Positions 47,204-58,217 of a stretch of DNA of 64,000 nt are shown piece after piece (within the stretch, counting starts at the first letter, position 1; each line of letters begins with the position of its first letter). Both the position numbers and the translations under genes were made by a program. Under the pieces are notes generated by a model that worked only from the letters and a program-made list of their open reading frames with translations, was not told where the DNA came from and did not search any database. The DNA is taken from positions 196 to 64,195 of the forward strand of contig CANRBL010000003.1 of NCBI GenBank assembly GCA_947628835.1. The letters run 5' to 3'. Source of the stretch: an uncultured Clostridia bacterium. Its GTDB lineage: Bacteria; Bacillota; Clostridia; TANB77; CAG-508.

Positions 47204-50200
47204 ATGAGCAATGTAAAATGGACGGAAGAGCAGGAGCAAGCAATATATGAAAAAAATTCAAATATACTTGTAGCAGCAGCAGCAGGAAGTGGAAAAACAG
47301 CAGTATTAGTTGAAAGAATAATAAATAAAATTGTAAATGAAAATATAGACATAGACAAGTTATTAGTAGTAACATTTACAAATGCAGCTGCTTCAGAAAT
47401 GAGAGAAAGAATATTAGATGCAATATATAAAAAAATAGAGGAAACGGAAGATAATCAAAGATTAGAAAAACAGATATTATTATTAAATAAAGCAAGTATA
47501 TGTACAATAGATTCATTTTGTTTAGATGTGATAAAAAATAATTTTTTTGAATTAGATATATCACATAATTTTAGAATTGCAGATTCTTCTGAAATTGAAT
47601 TAATCAAACAAGAAACATTAGAAGAATTATTTGAACAAAAATATGAAGCAGATGATGAAGAATTTACAAAATTAATACAAACATATACAAGCTATAAAGA
47701 CGACGGACCTTTAAAAGAGTTAATATTAAAAATATATACATATATACAAAGTAGTCCTTTTCCAAAAAAATGGTTAGAAGAAAAAATTGAAAAATTTAAT
47801 TTAAAAGATAATATAGAAAGAGATTTTTCACAAACAATATGGGGCAAAATATTGCTTCAAGATTTAGAGGAAGAGTTAGTTGATGGTATTTCAATATTAG
47901 AAGAAGTAAAGAATAAATTAAAAAAAGATGAACAATTAGAGAAATATTATAAAACAATATGTAATGATATAGTAATTATGGAGAATTTACTAAAAAGCTT
48001 GGATTTATGGGATAAAGCATATATGGTAGCACAAAGCTTTAAATTTGAAACATGGCCAAAATCAACGAAAATAACATCAGAGGAAAAAGAAAAGGCAAAA
48101 GTAATTAGAGATAATATCAAGAAAAAAATTACTAATAAAATAAACAAGATATTAGTATATAACTCAGAAGAAGCAAATCAAGATATATATAATATGTATG
48201 TAATACTAAAAAAATTAAAAAATTTAATTTTAGAATTTGATGAGCAATTTAGTAATATAAAAAGAGAAAAAAATATATTAGACTTTTCTGATGTAGAACA
48301 TTTTGCGTTAGAAATATTATTAAAAATAGATGATAATGGAAATATTATAACAACAGATGTAGCAAAGAAATATCAAGAAAAATTTGAGGAAATAGCAATA
48401 GATGAATACCAAGATAGCAATTTGGTACAAGAATATATATTAACAGCAATCTCAAGAGGAAATAATATATTTATGGTAGGAGATGTAAAGCAAAGTATAT
48501 ATAAATTTAGACAGGCTCGTCCAGAATTATTTTTAGAAAAATATAAAAAATATAGATTAAAAAGCCAAAAACAAGATACAGAAGATTTAAAAATACAATT
48601 ATTTAAAAATTTTAGAAGTAGAAGTAATATTTTAGACTTTACAAATATAATATTTGAAAATATTATGAGCAGTTTGGTAGGAGATATAGAATATAATCAA
48701 ACGGAATTTTTAAATTTAGGTGCAAATTATAAAGAAACAAATGAAGATTTAAAAACAGAAATTGATATAATAAATTTAGATGAACAAGTATTAGAAGATA
48801 CAAAATATGAAGTATATGAAGAGCAAGATGAAGATGACGAAGAAATAGAAAATAAAACACAAGAAAGAATAGAAGATGTAGAAGTAGAGGCTAAATTTGT
48901 AGCCAAAAGGATAAAAGAAATAATAAAAAATAACTATCAAGTATATGATATAAAAAAAGAAGAATTTAGAAACATACAATATAAAGATATTGTAATTCTA
49001 TTACGTTCAACAAAAGATACTGCTGAAGTTTATGAAAAGGAATTGGTAAATTTAGAAATTCCAGTATATTCAGATAGTTCATCAGAATATTTAAATTCTA
49101 TGGAAATACAAACTATAATGTCAGTTTTAAAAATAATAGATAATCCAATGCAAGATATACCATTAGTAACAGTATTAAGGTCAATAATAGGTGGATTTAC
49201 AGACAATGAACTTATAGAAATAAGATTAGCAGATAAATATGATAATTTTTATAATACTATGATAAAATCAAAAATGAGTGTAAGTAAAGAATTAAGAGAA
49301 AAAATAGAAAATTTTTTAAAACAGATAGATATATGGAGAAAGCAAAAAGAATATTTATCATTAGATGAATTAATATGGCAAATATATGTAGATACAGGAT
49401 TTTTAAATTTAGTTGGGCTAATGCCAAATGGTGCTTTAAGACAAGCCAATTTAAAAATGCTATTTGAAAGGGCAAAACAGTATGAAACAGCAAGTTTTAA
49501 AGGCTTATTTAATTTTATAAATTTTATAGAAAAATTACATTTAGGTAATAATGATTTAAGTTCAGCAAAGTTAATTGGAGAAAATGAAAATGTAGTAAGA
49601 ATTATGAGTATTCATAAAAGTAAAGGATTAGAATTTCCAATAGTTTTTTTATGTAATACAGGAAAACAATTTAATTTAATGGATTTAAATAAAAAGGTAT
49701 TATTACATCAAGATATTGGAATAGGAACAAAATTTGTAGATTATGATAGATGTATAGAATATGACACTTTATCAAAAATAGCTATAAAAAGTAAATTATT
49801 TGTAGAAACTTTATCAGAAGAAATGAGAATTTTATATGTAGCATTAACTAGAGCAAAAGAGAAGTTAATAATAACAGGAAGAAGTAAAAATTATAATAAT
49901 GAAAAAGAAATTATGCAAGAATTAGTAAAGCAAAATGAAAGAAAAGAAAATAAAATTAACTATATTTTAGTAAAAAAATATAAAAGATATTTAGATTGGA
50001 TACAATTAGTATATCTATATGATGAAAGATTAAAAGATATAACTAATTTAAATATATATAATAAAAATGATATAATAAAGAAAAGTACATCACAAGAAAA
50101 CAGTAAAGAAATAGATGTAATAAAAATAATGCAAAATATAGAAGATGATGATGAACAATATGAAAAGATAAAACAAATATTAGAATATAAATATAAAAAT

Positions 50201-50854
50201 GAAAAAGCTACATCTATTCCTACAAAAACATCAATAACACAAATAAAAGAAGTAATATCAAAAGAAGAAACAGACAAAATAACAGTAACAACAGAACTTC
50301 CAAAATTTATAAAGGGTACAGAGCAAGAAAAAATAACATCAGCAAGAAGAGGTAGCTTAGTTCACTTGTGTATGCAAAGATTAGATGAAAAGAAAGATTA
50401 TAAATTAAAAGATGTAGAAGAATTAATAATGGATTTAAAGCAAAGAAAGATTATTACAGAGTTAGAAGCGGAAAGCATGCCAGTAAACAAAATATTAGAA
50501 TTTACTAAATCAATAATTTGGAATGAATTAAAAACAGCAAAAGAAGTGTATAAAGAAAAACCATTTTATATAAGTGTGCCTGCAAAGGAAATATATGGAG
50601 AAGATATTGAAGAAAATGTATTGGTTCAAGGTGTAATAGACTTGTATTATGTAGATAAAAATGACAAATTAGTATTGTTAGATTATAAAACAGATTATGT
50701 TGAAAAAGGAAAGGAAAATCAGCTAATAGAAAAATATAAAACACAACTTAAATGGTATAAAAGAGCATTAGAAAGTGCACTTAATAGAAAAGTTGATAAA
50801 GTGTATATTTACTCAGTTTATTTGCAAAAAAGTTGTGAAGTAGAGAATATATAA
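47204..50854 (+). CDS. addA: ATP-dependent helicase/nuclease subunit A
   Basis: WTEEQEQAI...ILVAAAAGSGKTAVLVERI (UvrD helicase motif I), IDEYQDSN, VRIMSIHKSKGLEFP, LYVALTRAKEKL. C-terminal nuclease GVIDLYY...LLDYKTD. Confidence 0.9.
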   Translation: MSNVKWTEEQEQAIYEKNSNILVAAAAGSGKTAVLVERIINKIVNENIDIDKLLVVTFTNAAASEMRERILDAIYKKIEETEDNQRLEKQILLLNKASICTIDSFCLDVIKNNFFELDISHNFRIADSSEIELIKQETLEELFEQKYEADDEEFTKLIQTYTSYKDDGPLKELILKIYTYIQSSPFPKKWLEEKIEKFNLKDNIERDFSQTIWGKILLQDLEEELVDGISILEEVKNKLKKDEQLEKYYKTICNDIVIMENLLKSLDLWDKAYMVAQSFKFETWPKSTKITSEEKEKAKVIRDNIKKKITNKINKILVYNSEEANQDIYNMYVILKKLKNLILEFDEQFSNIKREKNILDFSDVEHFALEILLKIDDNGNIITTDVAKKYQEKFEEIAIDEYQDSNLVQEYILTAISRGNNIFMVGDVKQSIYKFRQARPELFLEKYKKYRLKSQKQDTEDLKIQLFKNFRSRSNILDFTNIIFENIMSSLVGDIEYNQTEFLNLGANYKETNEDLKTEIDIINLDEQVLEDTKYEVYEEQDEDDEEIENKTQERIEDVEVEAKFVAKRIKEIIKNNYQVYDIKKEEFRNIQYKDIVILLRSTKDTAEVYEKELVNLEIPVYSDSSSEYLNSMEIQTIMSVLKIIDNPMQDIPLVTVLRSIIGGFTDNELIEIRLADKYDNFYNTMIKSKMSVSKELREKIENFLKQIDIWRKQKEYLSLDELIWQIYVDTGFLNLVGLMPNGALRQANLKMLFERAKQYETASFKGLFNFINFIEKLHLGNNDLSSAKLIGENENVVRIMSIHKSKGLEFPIVFLCNTGKQFNLMDLNKKVLLHQDIGIGTKFVDYDRCIEYDTLSKIAIKSKLFVETLSEEMRILYVALTRAKEKLIITGRSKNYNNEKEIMQELVKQNERKENKINYILVKKYKRYLDWIQLVYLYDERLKDITNLNIYNKNDIIKKSTSQENSKEIDVIKIMQNIEDDDEQYEKIKQILEYKYKNEKATSIPTKTSITQIKEVISKEETDKITVTTELPKFIKGTEQEKITSARRGSLVHLCMQRLDEKKDYKLKDVEELIMDLKQRKIITELEAESMPVNKILEFTKSIIWNELKTAKEVYKEKPFYISVPAKEIYGEDIEENVLVQGVIDLYYVDKNDKLVLLDYKTDYVEKGKENQLIEKYKTQLKWYKRALESALNRKVDKVYIYSVYLQKSCEVENI

Positions 50855-50900
50855 ACTATACTAAAATGTGGTAAGTATAAAACAAAGAGGGAGTAATATA

Positions 50901-51062
50901 ATGTATGGAAAAATTAAAGATATGAGATTACTTGAAATTACTGTTGTACAAGATGGAAATGTAATATATCAGGGAAAAGTTGAAGATGCTCCAGAAGAAA
51001 TTGCAAATTCTACATATAAAAAGATAGAGTTTGTCGGAGTAGATGTAAAAATTGAAATTTAA
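50901..51062 (+). CDS. Small hypothetical protein (53 aa)
   Basis: ATG 50901 after AGAGGGAG. No motif recognised. Confidence 0.35.
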   Translation: MYGKIKDMRLLEITVVQDGNVIYQGKVEDAPEEIANSTYKKIEFVGVDVKIEI

Positions 51063-51129
51063 TAAATTTTCATATTTTTCTATAATAAACATATATTGTA
51101 ATTATATAATAGTGAAAGGATATGGTTAA

Positions 51130-52002
51130 ATGCAGAATTATTTTATTTACGAGAATGACAAGCCTTCAAGGTTACAATATATGTTTAATATTGTGCAAAA
51201 TGTAGAAAATAAAATTATAATTCCGTCTGATTTAAATGTAGATAAAGTAGACAAGAAAATAAAAATTGCAGAGAAAGTTGTTAAAATATTAAAAAAAAGT
51301 CAAGTACAAAATGTGGTAATATCTAAAATTCTTCACGAGAGTGAAGAATTTAAAAATATATTATTTCAAAATGATATCAATATTTTTGATGGTAGATGGC
51401 TTTTTACATATCTTTTAAATGATATTATTAAATATTTAGAAAAAGAAAATAACATAAAAGAAGAAGATACTGAAATTGCTATAATGACAAATTTTGTAAC
51501 AGATGTAATTATACAGAATATTTTAGATTTGTCAAAAAAGTTTAAAAGACTTAATATTATTACAAATCATATAGAGTATTTTAGAAGAATAGAAGAGGAT
51601 TTGTATAATAATTTAGGAATTATGATTACTATATCAAATAATAAGAAAAAGAGTTTACTAAAATCTAATATAATTTTAAATATGGATTTTCCACAGGAGT
51701 TAATACAAAAATTTAATATAAATGAAAATGCAATTATAATAAATTTTGATGATGATATTAAAATTACAAAAAAGCGTTTTAATGGTATTAATATTATTAA
51801 TTATGAATTAGAAAATAATCTAAATATGAAGGAGCTAGGAATAAATAATATTGAAAAATTTTATATTAGAGATATTTATGAGGCTATGTTATATAAAAAG
51901 TCAAGCTATAAAAATATTATAAAAGCAATTGATGACTTACATATTAATATAAAGGAATTAATTGGTAACCATGGAAAGGTTTTTGTAAATAGGCGGTATT
52001 GA
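51130..52002 (+). CDS. Hypothetical protein (290 aa)
   Basis: ORF with AAAGGA SD. No motif recognised. Confidence 0.45.
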   Translation: MQNYFIYENDKPSRLQYMFNIVQNVENKIIIPSDLNVDKVDKKIKIAEKVVKILKKSQVQNVVISKILHESEEFKNILFQNDINIFDGRWLFTYLLNDIIKYLEKENNIKEEDTEIAIMTNFVTDVIIQNILDLSKKFKRLNIITNHIEYFRRIEEDLYNNLGIMITISNNKKKSLLKSNIILNMDFPQELIQKFNINENAIIINFDDDIKITKKRFNGINIINYELENNLNMKELGINNIEKFYIRDIYEAMLYKKSSYKNIIKAIDDLHINIKELIGNHGKVFVNRRY

Positions 52003-52004
52003 AA

Positions 52005-52095
52005 TATGAGATTTTCATTTCATTTTAAATTTCATTCCTTTCCTGCTTTATTCAAAGGCACATATAGAAATGAAAGCCTATATCTTTCAAACTAA
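52005..52095 (-). repeat. Interspersed repeat family B copy (reverse orientation)
   Basis: The reverse complement TTAGTTTGAAAGATATAGGCTTTCATTTCTATATGTGCCTTTGAATAAAGCAGGAAAGGAATGAAATTTAAAATG matches 33771-33845 closely. Confidence 0.7.
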
Positions 52096-52391
52096 TTCTT
52101 TTTAGATTGTATTGCACAGAAATTATTATATAGTAATGTTAAGTTCAAAAAAGTCATAAATGGAATAGATTTTTTTGAACTTATAAGGTATTATATAAGA
52201 AGAAACAATTTGTATTATGTGAAAAAATTATTATAGGGATTTAGCAAGACATTTTGAGTATTGATATAATTTGGAAAATATAGTAAAATTATGTAAAAAA
52301 TTTTAGGCAAAATATAATAGAGTAAGATATGAAATAAGTAGTATTTTTACTACATACTCTTTAGCTAATTGAGAAAGGAATGAATTAAAAG

Positions 52392-55001
52392 ATGGCAGAA
52401 TTATCACCCATGATGCAAAAATATTTAGAAACCAAAAAACAATATGAAGATTGTATATTATTTTACAGATTAGGAGACTTTTATGAAATGTTTTTTGAAG
52501 ATGCAATAACGGCATCAAGAGAATTAGAAATAACATTAACTGGAAAAGAATGTGGATTAGAAGAAAGAGCTCCAATGGCGGGAGTACCTTATCATGCAGC
52601 AGACAATTACATTTCAAAATTAATAGATAAAGGATATAAAGTTGCAATATGTGAACAATTAACAGATCCAAAAGAAACCAAAGGTATGGTAGAAAGAGGA
52701 GTTGTAAGAATAGTAACACCAGGAACTATAGTAGAAACAAATATGCTTGAAGAAAGAAAGAATAATTATATAATGAGTATATACAAAAATGGAATATACT
52801 TTGGAATAAGTGTATGTGATGTATCTACAGGAGAGTTTTATAGTAGTGAAATAAAAAATACAAATAATTTTCCATTACTTTTAGATGAAATTGCAAGATA
52901 TACTCCATCTGAAATAGTTGTAAATAGTATGATGAGTAATTGCGAAGAAGAAATGAGTAAGATAAAAGAGAGATTTGAAGTATATATTACAAAATTTAAT
53001 GATAGTTTCTTTAAAGAGGATTATGAAACAATAAAAGCAAAATTTAGCATTACAGATAATAAACAACAAGAAATAGAAAATATAGAAGAAAAAACTTTAG
53101 CAGTATGTTCAATAAATGCATTAGTAGAATACTTACAACAAACACAAATGACTAATTTAGAACATATAAACAAAATACAAATTTATAATATATCTAAATA
53201 TATGTGTTTAGATATTAATGCAAGAAGAAATCTTGAAATAACAGAAAAATTAAGAGATAAAACTAAAAAAGGTACTTTATTATGGGTATTAGATAAAACG
53301 TCAACATCAATGGGAGGAAGGTTATTACGTAGATGGATAAATGATCCTCTTATAGATACAACTGAAATACAAGATAGACTAAATGCGGTAGAAGAATTAA
53401 AAAACAATATAATGTTAAGAGGAGATATCATAGAAGCACTAAAAAAAGTCTATGATATAGAAAGATTAACAGGAAAAATGACATATGGAAATGCAAATGC
53501 ACGAGATATGATAGCATTAAGAAATTCATTAGAAAAATTGCCAGAAGTAAAATCAATATTATCAAATTGTGAAAGTAAATTAATAAAAGAATTATACAAT
53601 AATTTAGATGAATTGCAAGATATCCATCAATTAATAGATAAGGCAATAGTTGAAGAACCTCCAATAGCTATAAAAGAAGGAGGAATTATAAAATTAGGTT
53701 ATGACGAAGAAATAGATAAATTAAAATTAGCAACAACTGAAGGAAAAAATTGGATATTAAAGTTAGAAAATGAGGAAAAAGAAAAAACAGGAATAAAAAA
53801 TTTAAAAATAGGTTTTAATAAAGTATTCGGATATTATATTGAAATTACAAAATCATTTTTCTCTCAAGTACCAACAGATAGATACATTAGAAAACAAACA
53901 TTAACAAATGCAGAAAGATATATAACTGAAGAATTAAAACAATTAGAAAATCAAATTTTAGGTGCAGAAGAAAAAGTTATAACATTAGAATATAATGTAT
54001 TTATAGAGATAAGAGAAGAAATAGCTAAAAATGTAAAACGATTACAACAAACAGCACTAGTAATATCTACACTAGATGTTATAACATCATTTGCACAGGT
54101 TGCTGAAGATATGAATTATTGCAAGCCAATAGTAAATAATGAAGGTAAAATAGATATAAAGGCAGGAAGACACCCTGTAATAGAAAAAATGTTAGGAGCA
54201 GGAAGTTTTGTCGATAACGATACATATTTAGATAAAGATGAAAATAGATTATCAATAATAACTGGTCCAAATATGGCAGGAAAGTCAACATATATGAGAC
54301 AAGTTGCACTAATTACATTGATGGCACAAATAGGAAGTTTTGTTCCTGCAACAGAAGCAAAAATAGGTGTAGTAGATAAAATTTTTACAAGAGTTGGAGC
54401 ATCAGATGATTTGAGTATGGGACAAAGTACATTTATGGTAGAGATGATGGAAGTGGCAACAATTTTAAGAGAAGCAACTCAGAATAGCTTAATTGTATTA
54501 GATGAAATAGGAAGAGGTACTTCAACATATGATGGTTTATCTATAGCATGGGCAGTAGCTGAATATATAGCAGATAAAAAGACTTGTGGAGCTAAAACAT
54601 TATTTGCAACGCATTATCATGAATTAACAGAATTAGAAGAAAAGAAAGAAGGAATAAAAAATTATTCTATAGCAGTAAAAGAAAAAGGAGAAGATATTAT
54701 ATTTTTAAGAAAAATAGTAAAAGGTGGAACAGATGAAAGCTATGGAATACATGTAGCAAGACTTGCGGGAGTACCCAAAATTGTTACACAAAATGCAAAT
54801 AATATTTTAAGAACACTAGAAAGAAAAAGCGTAATAAGTAATAAAAAACCAGAAAATAAAAATGTTGTAGAAGGCCAATTTGATATGTTTAATTATAAAA
54901 TTGCTGAAGTAGCTCATGAAATAGATAAGATAGATTTAAATGGATTAACTCCAATAGAAGCATTAAATATTCTTGTAAAAATAAAAGACAAATTAAAATG
55001 A
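52392..55001 (+). CDS. mutS: DNA mismatch repair protein MutS
   Basis: SPMMQKYLETKKQYEDCILFYRLGDFYEMFFEDA, ITGPNMAGKSTYMRQVAL, STFMVEMME, LDEIGRGTSTYDG, THYHEL. Confidence 0.95.
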   Translation: MAELSPMMQKYLETKKQYEDCILFYRLGDFYEMFFEDAITASRELEITLTGKECGLEERAPMAGVPYHAADNYISKLIDKGYKVAICEQLTDPKETKGMVERGVVRIVTPGTIVETNMLEERKNNYIMSIYKNGIYFGISVCDVSTGEFYSSEIKNTNNFPLLLDEIARYTPSEIVVNSMMSNCEEEMSKIKERFEVYITKFNDSFFKEDYETIKAKFSITDNKQQEIENIEEKTLAVCSINALVEYLQQTQMTNLEHINKIQIYNISKYMCLDINARRNLEITEKLRDKTKKGTLLWVLDKTSTSMGGRLLRRWINDPLIDTTEIQDRLNAVEELKNNIMLRGDIIEALKKVYDIERLTGKMTYGNANARDMIALRNSLEKLPEVKSILSNCESKLIKELYNNLDELQDIHQLIDKAIVEEPPIAIKEGGIIKLGYDEEIDKLKLATTEGKNWILKLENEEKEKTGIKNLKIGFNKVFGYYIEITKSFFSQVPTDRYIRKQTLTNAERYITEELKQLENQILGAEEKVITLEYNVFIEIREEIAKNVKRLQQTALVISTLDVITSFAQVAEDMNYCKPIVNNEGKIDIKAGRHPVIEKMLGAGSFVDNDTYLDKDENRLSIITGPNMAGKSTYMRQVALITLMAQIGSFVPATEAKIGVVDKIFTRVGASDDLSMGQSTFMVEMMEVATILREATQNSLIVLDEIGRGTSTYDGLSIAWAVAEYIADKKTCGAKTLFATHYHELTELEEKKEGIKNYSIAVKEKGEDIIFLRKIVKGGTDESYGIHVARLAGVPKIVTQNANNILRTLERKSVISNKKPENKNVVEGQFDMFNYKIAEVAHEIDKIDLNGLTPIEALNILVKIKDKLK

Positions 55002-55020
55002 TTTTATAAAATAAATAAGG

Positions 55021-56733
55021 ATGGTAAAAATAATGGAAGAAATAGAAGAAATATTATGGAATAAAACTTCAGATGAATTAACAAGATTGTGTAAAATAGC
55101 GCAAATAAAAGGAAGAAGTGGATATAAAAAACATAAAATAGAATTGTTGTGTAAATTTTATAGTAATGAGAATTGGGTAAAAGAAGTGTTTGATAATCTT
55201 TCAGAATATGAAAAAGAGATTATGACATGCATTATTCAAAACAAATACCATCCAGAAGAAGAACAAATACTTAAAATATTAAAAAAATACAAAAAAAATA
55301 GTTATTTATATAGTTCATCATACTTTGACCAAGATTCAAAAGTTGATTTATTTAGAATAGATAAGGGTTATATTCCTGATCAATTTAAGAAAAAATTAGA
55401 CAAACTTGTGGAACCATTAAAATTAGAAATAAAACCTACTAAAACACCAATAAATGAAGAAGACTTTTATGCTAATATAGTTGGGAGAGATAAAAGAATA
55501 CAAGATTTTGATGAATTTATAAAATTTATAAATGTTTCTAAAATTAAAGTGACAAAAGCCAAAAAACAAATGCCAAAATCTAGTTTATTAAAGATATATA
55601 GTAAATTGCAATATCCAGATGTATTAAAAGATGATGAAATAGAATTTGAAAAAATAAGAAGTATTGAAGATACAACTGTTTCATATGGAATAATGAGTTT
55701 ATTAACACAAAGCTTAATTATAAATGTAAAAAAAGATGAATTGATAATTGAAGAATTGTTTTGTGAGGATTATCAAAAATTAAATAAAGTTGAAAAAGTA
55801 AAATATCTTTTAGAAGGATATTGTAAAGAAGATAGCATTAGAATTAATGAATGTGAAAGAATTGAAAAAAAACATTTTTATATAGAAAATAAAATACCAG
55901 AATTTGGAAAAGCAAGAAAAATGATTTTAAAGTATTTAAAAGAATGTCCAATTAATGAATGGATTGAAATGAAAGATTTTAAAAGAATTATACGATTAAA
56001 TGAATATTATTTTTTGCGTAAATATACAGGCCAAGTATTGATAAAAAATGAATATTATGGGGAATATTACCAAGATGCATCATATGAAGAATTGGAGAAT
56101 TCTTTTATAGATGTGGTATTTATGGAATATTTAGCAACATTAGGAATAGTAGATGTGGTTATGACAAAAAAATATGGCTATTATGATGACAGTGAGTTTT
56201 TAGAAATAGAATATTTTAGATTAACACAATTTGGAAGTTATGTTCTTGGAATGGCAAAAAATGATGAAATTATAGAGAGTGAAGAAGACGAAATAGTTGT
56301 TACCAAAAATTTTGAAATTATTATAGGTGAAACAAATAAAAAATTAGAATATGAATTATATTTTGATAGATTTTTGGATAAAAAATCAAATATGCCTCTA
56401 ATATATAAATTGGATTTTAATGGTATGGCAAAAGCATTAGAATTAGGGATAAATTTTAAAGAAATATTGAAATATTTACAGTTAAACTGTAAAGGAGATA
56501 TACCTACAAATGTTCAGGCTCAATTTGAAGATTGGATAAGAGATTCGAAAAAAATAAAGATAAAAAAAGTAACAATTTTAGAAGTTGATCAAACTAGCTT
56601 TGAACAAATTATTCAAAATGAAAAATTCGAGAATTATATAGAATCGATAAGAGATAGTGTAATTGTGTTAAAGAATAGCAAAATAGAAAATGTAAAAGAA
56701 GAGTTAAAAAGAAATAAAAAATTTTGTATTTAA
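55021..56733 (+). CDS. Hypothetical protein (about 566-570 aa) occupying the position usually held by mutL
   Basis: Long ORF 20 nt after mutS. No GHKL/MutL motifs and no other motif recognised. Confidence 0.5.
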   Translation: MVKIMEEIEEILWNKTSDELTRLCKIAQIKGRSGYKKHKIELLCKFYSNENWVKEVFDNLSEYEKEIMTCIIQNKYHPEEEQILKILKKYKKNSYLYSSSYFDQDSKVDLFRIDKGYIPDQFKKKLDKLVEPLKLEIKPTKTPINEEDFYANIVGRDKRIQDFDEFIKFINVSKIKVTKAKKQMPKSSLLKIYSKLQYPDVLKDDEIEFEKIRSIEDTTVSYGIMSLLTQSLIINVKKDELIIEELFCEDYQKLNKVEKVKYLLEGYCKEDSIRINECERIEKKHFYIENKIPEFGKARKMILKYLKECPINEWIEMKDFKRIIRLNEYYFLRKYTGQVLIKNEYYGEYYQDASYEELENSFIDVVFMEYLATLGIVDVVMTKKYGYYDDSEFLEIEYFRLTQFGSYVLGMAKNDEIIESEEDEIVVTKNFEIIIGETNKKLEYELYFDRFLDKKSNMPLIYKLDFNGMAKALELGINFKEILKYLQLNCKGDIPTNVQAQFEDWIRDSKKIKIKKVTILEVDQTSFEQIIQNEKFENYIESIRDSVIVLKNSKIENVKEELKRNKKFCI

Positions 56734-56751
56734 AAACTTAGAAAAATATTA

Positions 56752-56805
56752 GTTACAGGTTAATGGTTTTATATAAAAATAGTTTTAAAACCATTAACCT
56801 GTAAC
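56752..56805. mobile_element. 54-bp 'solo hairpin' derivative of the MITE-like element
   Basis: GTTACAGGTTAATGGTTTTATATAAAAATAGTTTTAAAACCATTAACCTGTAAC has the same termini and first 45 nt as the 255-bp element. Confidence 0.7.
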
Positions 56806-56829
56806 TAATATTAAGGTTTTCCGAATAGA

Positions 56830-58143
56830 TATTTAAGTTTCGGTTTTTTTCTAAAAAATTCGAAGTGTTATCCACAGAATTATGAAATTTATGTGAAAAT
56901 GAAGAAAAACCACCGTTGTTTTAGTATAATTAACTTAAATCAAAAAAAAAGATACTAAACAAAACGCGGAGGTTTTTTCTATGGATAATTTTACCACAAA
57001 TAATTTCGAAATGAAAAGAGATATTGTAAATTTTTTTAAAAAAATTTCAAATGGGTGTGATAAATCAGAAAGCAAATTCATTATGGATATGATTTATGGA
57101 ATTGCAAAATCAAAAGATATTCTTTTATCAAGTATTGCAGAAGCTTTAGATGAAAAAACAAAAAAGGCTTATACAATAGATAGATTAAGTGATAACTTAA
57201 CAAATGATTTATCGTCTGCAGTAGATAATAATTATTGCGATTTAGTAATGGATTCTTTAGGAGAAAATCCAGTATTTTTGATAGATGACAGCGATATAAT
57301 TAAGCCATTAGGGGAAAAATTTGAAGATTTAGGAATAGTAAGAGATGGTTCAAGCAGAAATAAAAGTTTTGAAAAAGGATACCATCATACAGAAATAGTA
57401 GGTTTAACAAAGAATATGAAACAACCAATAAGTGTATTTTCAAAAATACATTCATCAACGCAAAAAGAGATTATGTATCAGCAAATGCGATAACGTTTGA
57501 AGGAATAGATAAAGTAGTAGAAATGTTAGACAAAAGAAAAATAAAATGGATATTTGTAAATGATAGAGGGTACGATAGTAATGAAATATTCAAGTATTAC
57601 TGGAAAAAGAAACAATATTTTGTAATAAGGCTAACGGAGAAAAGAAAGATATATAAAGACCACAAATGGTATAAAATAACAACAATAAGAGATGCATACA
57701 AAGGAAAGATCAAAATGAATATAATGTTTCAAGGAGAAAAAAAAGAATGTATGGTAAGTGCAATAAAAGTACAAATAACAGCAGAAAAGAAATGGATAAA
57801 TTTAATATTTGTGTATGGACTTTCAGAAAAGCCAATGATGGTTGCAAGTAATATGCCAATAAAAGAAAAAGAAGATGTAATAAAGATAGTAAGATGTTAT
57901 ATAGATAGATGGAGAATAGAAGAATATTTTAAATTCAAGAAACAAGAATATAAATTTGAAAATACAACTTTCTCTGCTTTGACAGACACACTTTACATAA
58001 TGCATAAACCTATATTAAATAGGTTTATTAAAAGATGTCAAAAAAAAATGGAATTGATAAAACTTGTAAATAAATATACATATTTTACCAATTCTGTTTA
58101 GTTTTTTAAATTATTTTTGCAAAAAACCGAAACTTAAATAGAT
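56830..58143 (+). mobile_element. IS4-family-like insertion sequence (~1.3 kb) with defective transposase
   Basis: Terminal inverted repeats TATTTAAGTTTCGGTTTTTT (56830-56849) and AAAAAACCGAAACTTAAATA (58121-58140). The exact ends are uncertain by a few nt. Confidence 0.6.
56981..58101 (+). pseudogene. DDE transposase (IS4-like) split into two frames
   Basis: LIDDSDIIKP (D), FVNDRGYD (D), YIDRWRIEEYFKFKKQEY (Y-2-R-3-E-6-K type). ORFs 56981..57493 and 57523..58101 overlap as open frames at 57373-57493, and an A5 run lies at 57462-57466. Confidence 0.65.
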
Positions 58144-58217
58144 ACTATATTGACAAATTTATGATTTTGAATTAATATAGATAAGTAAATTTTACAAAAG
58201 GAAGGAGACAAAAGGTT

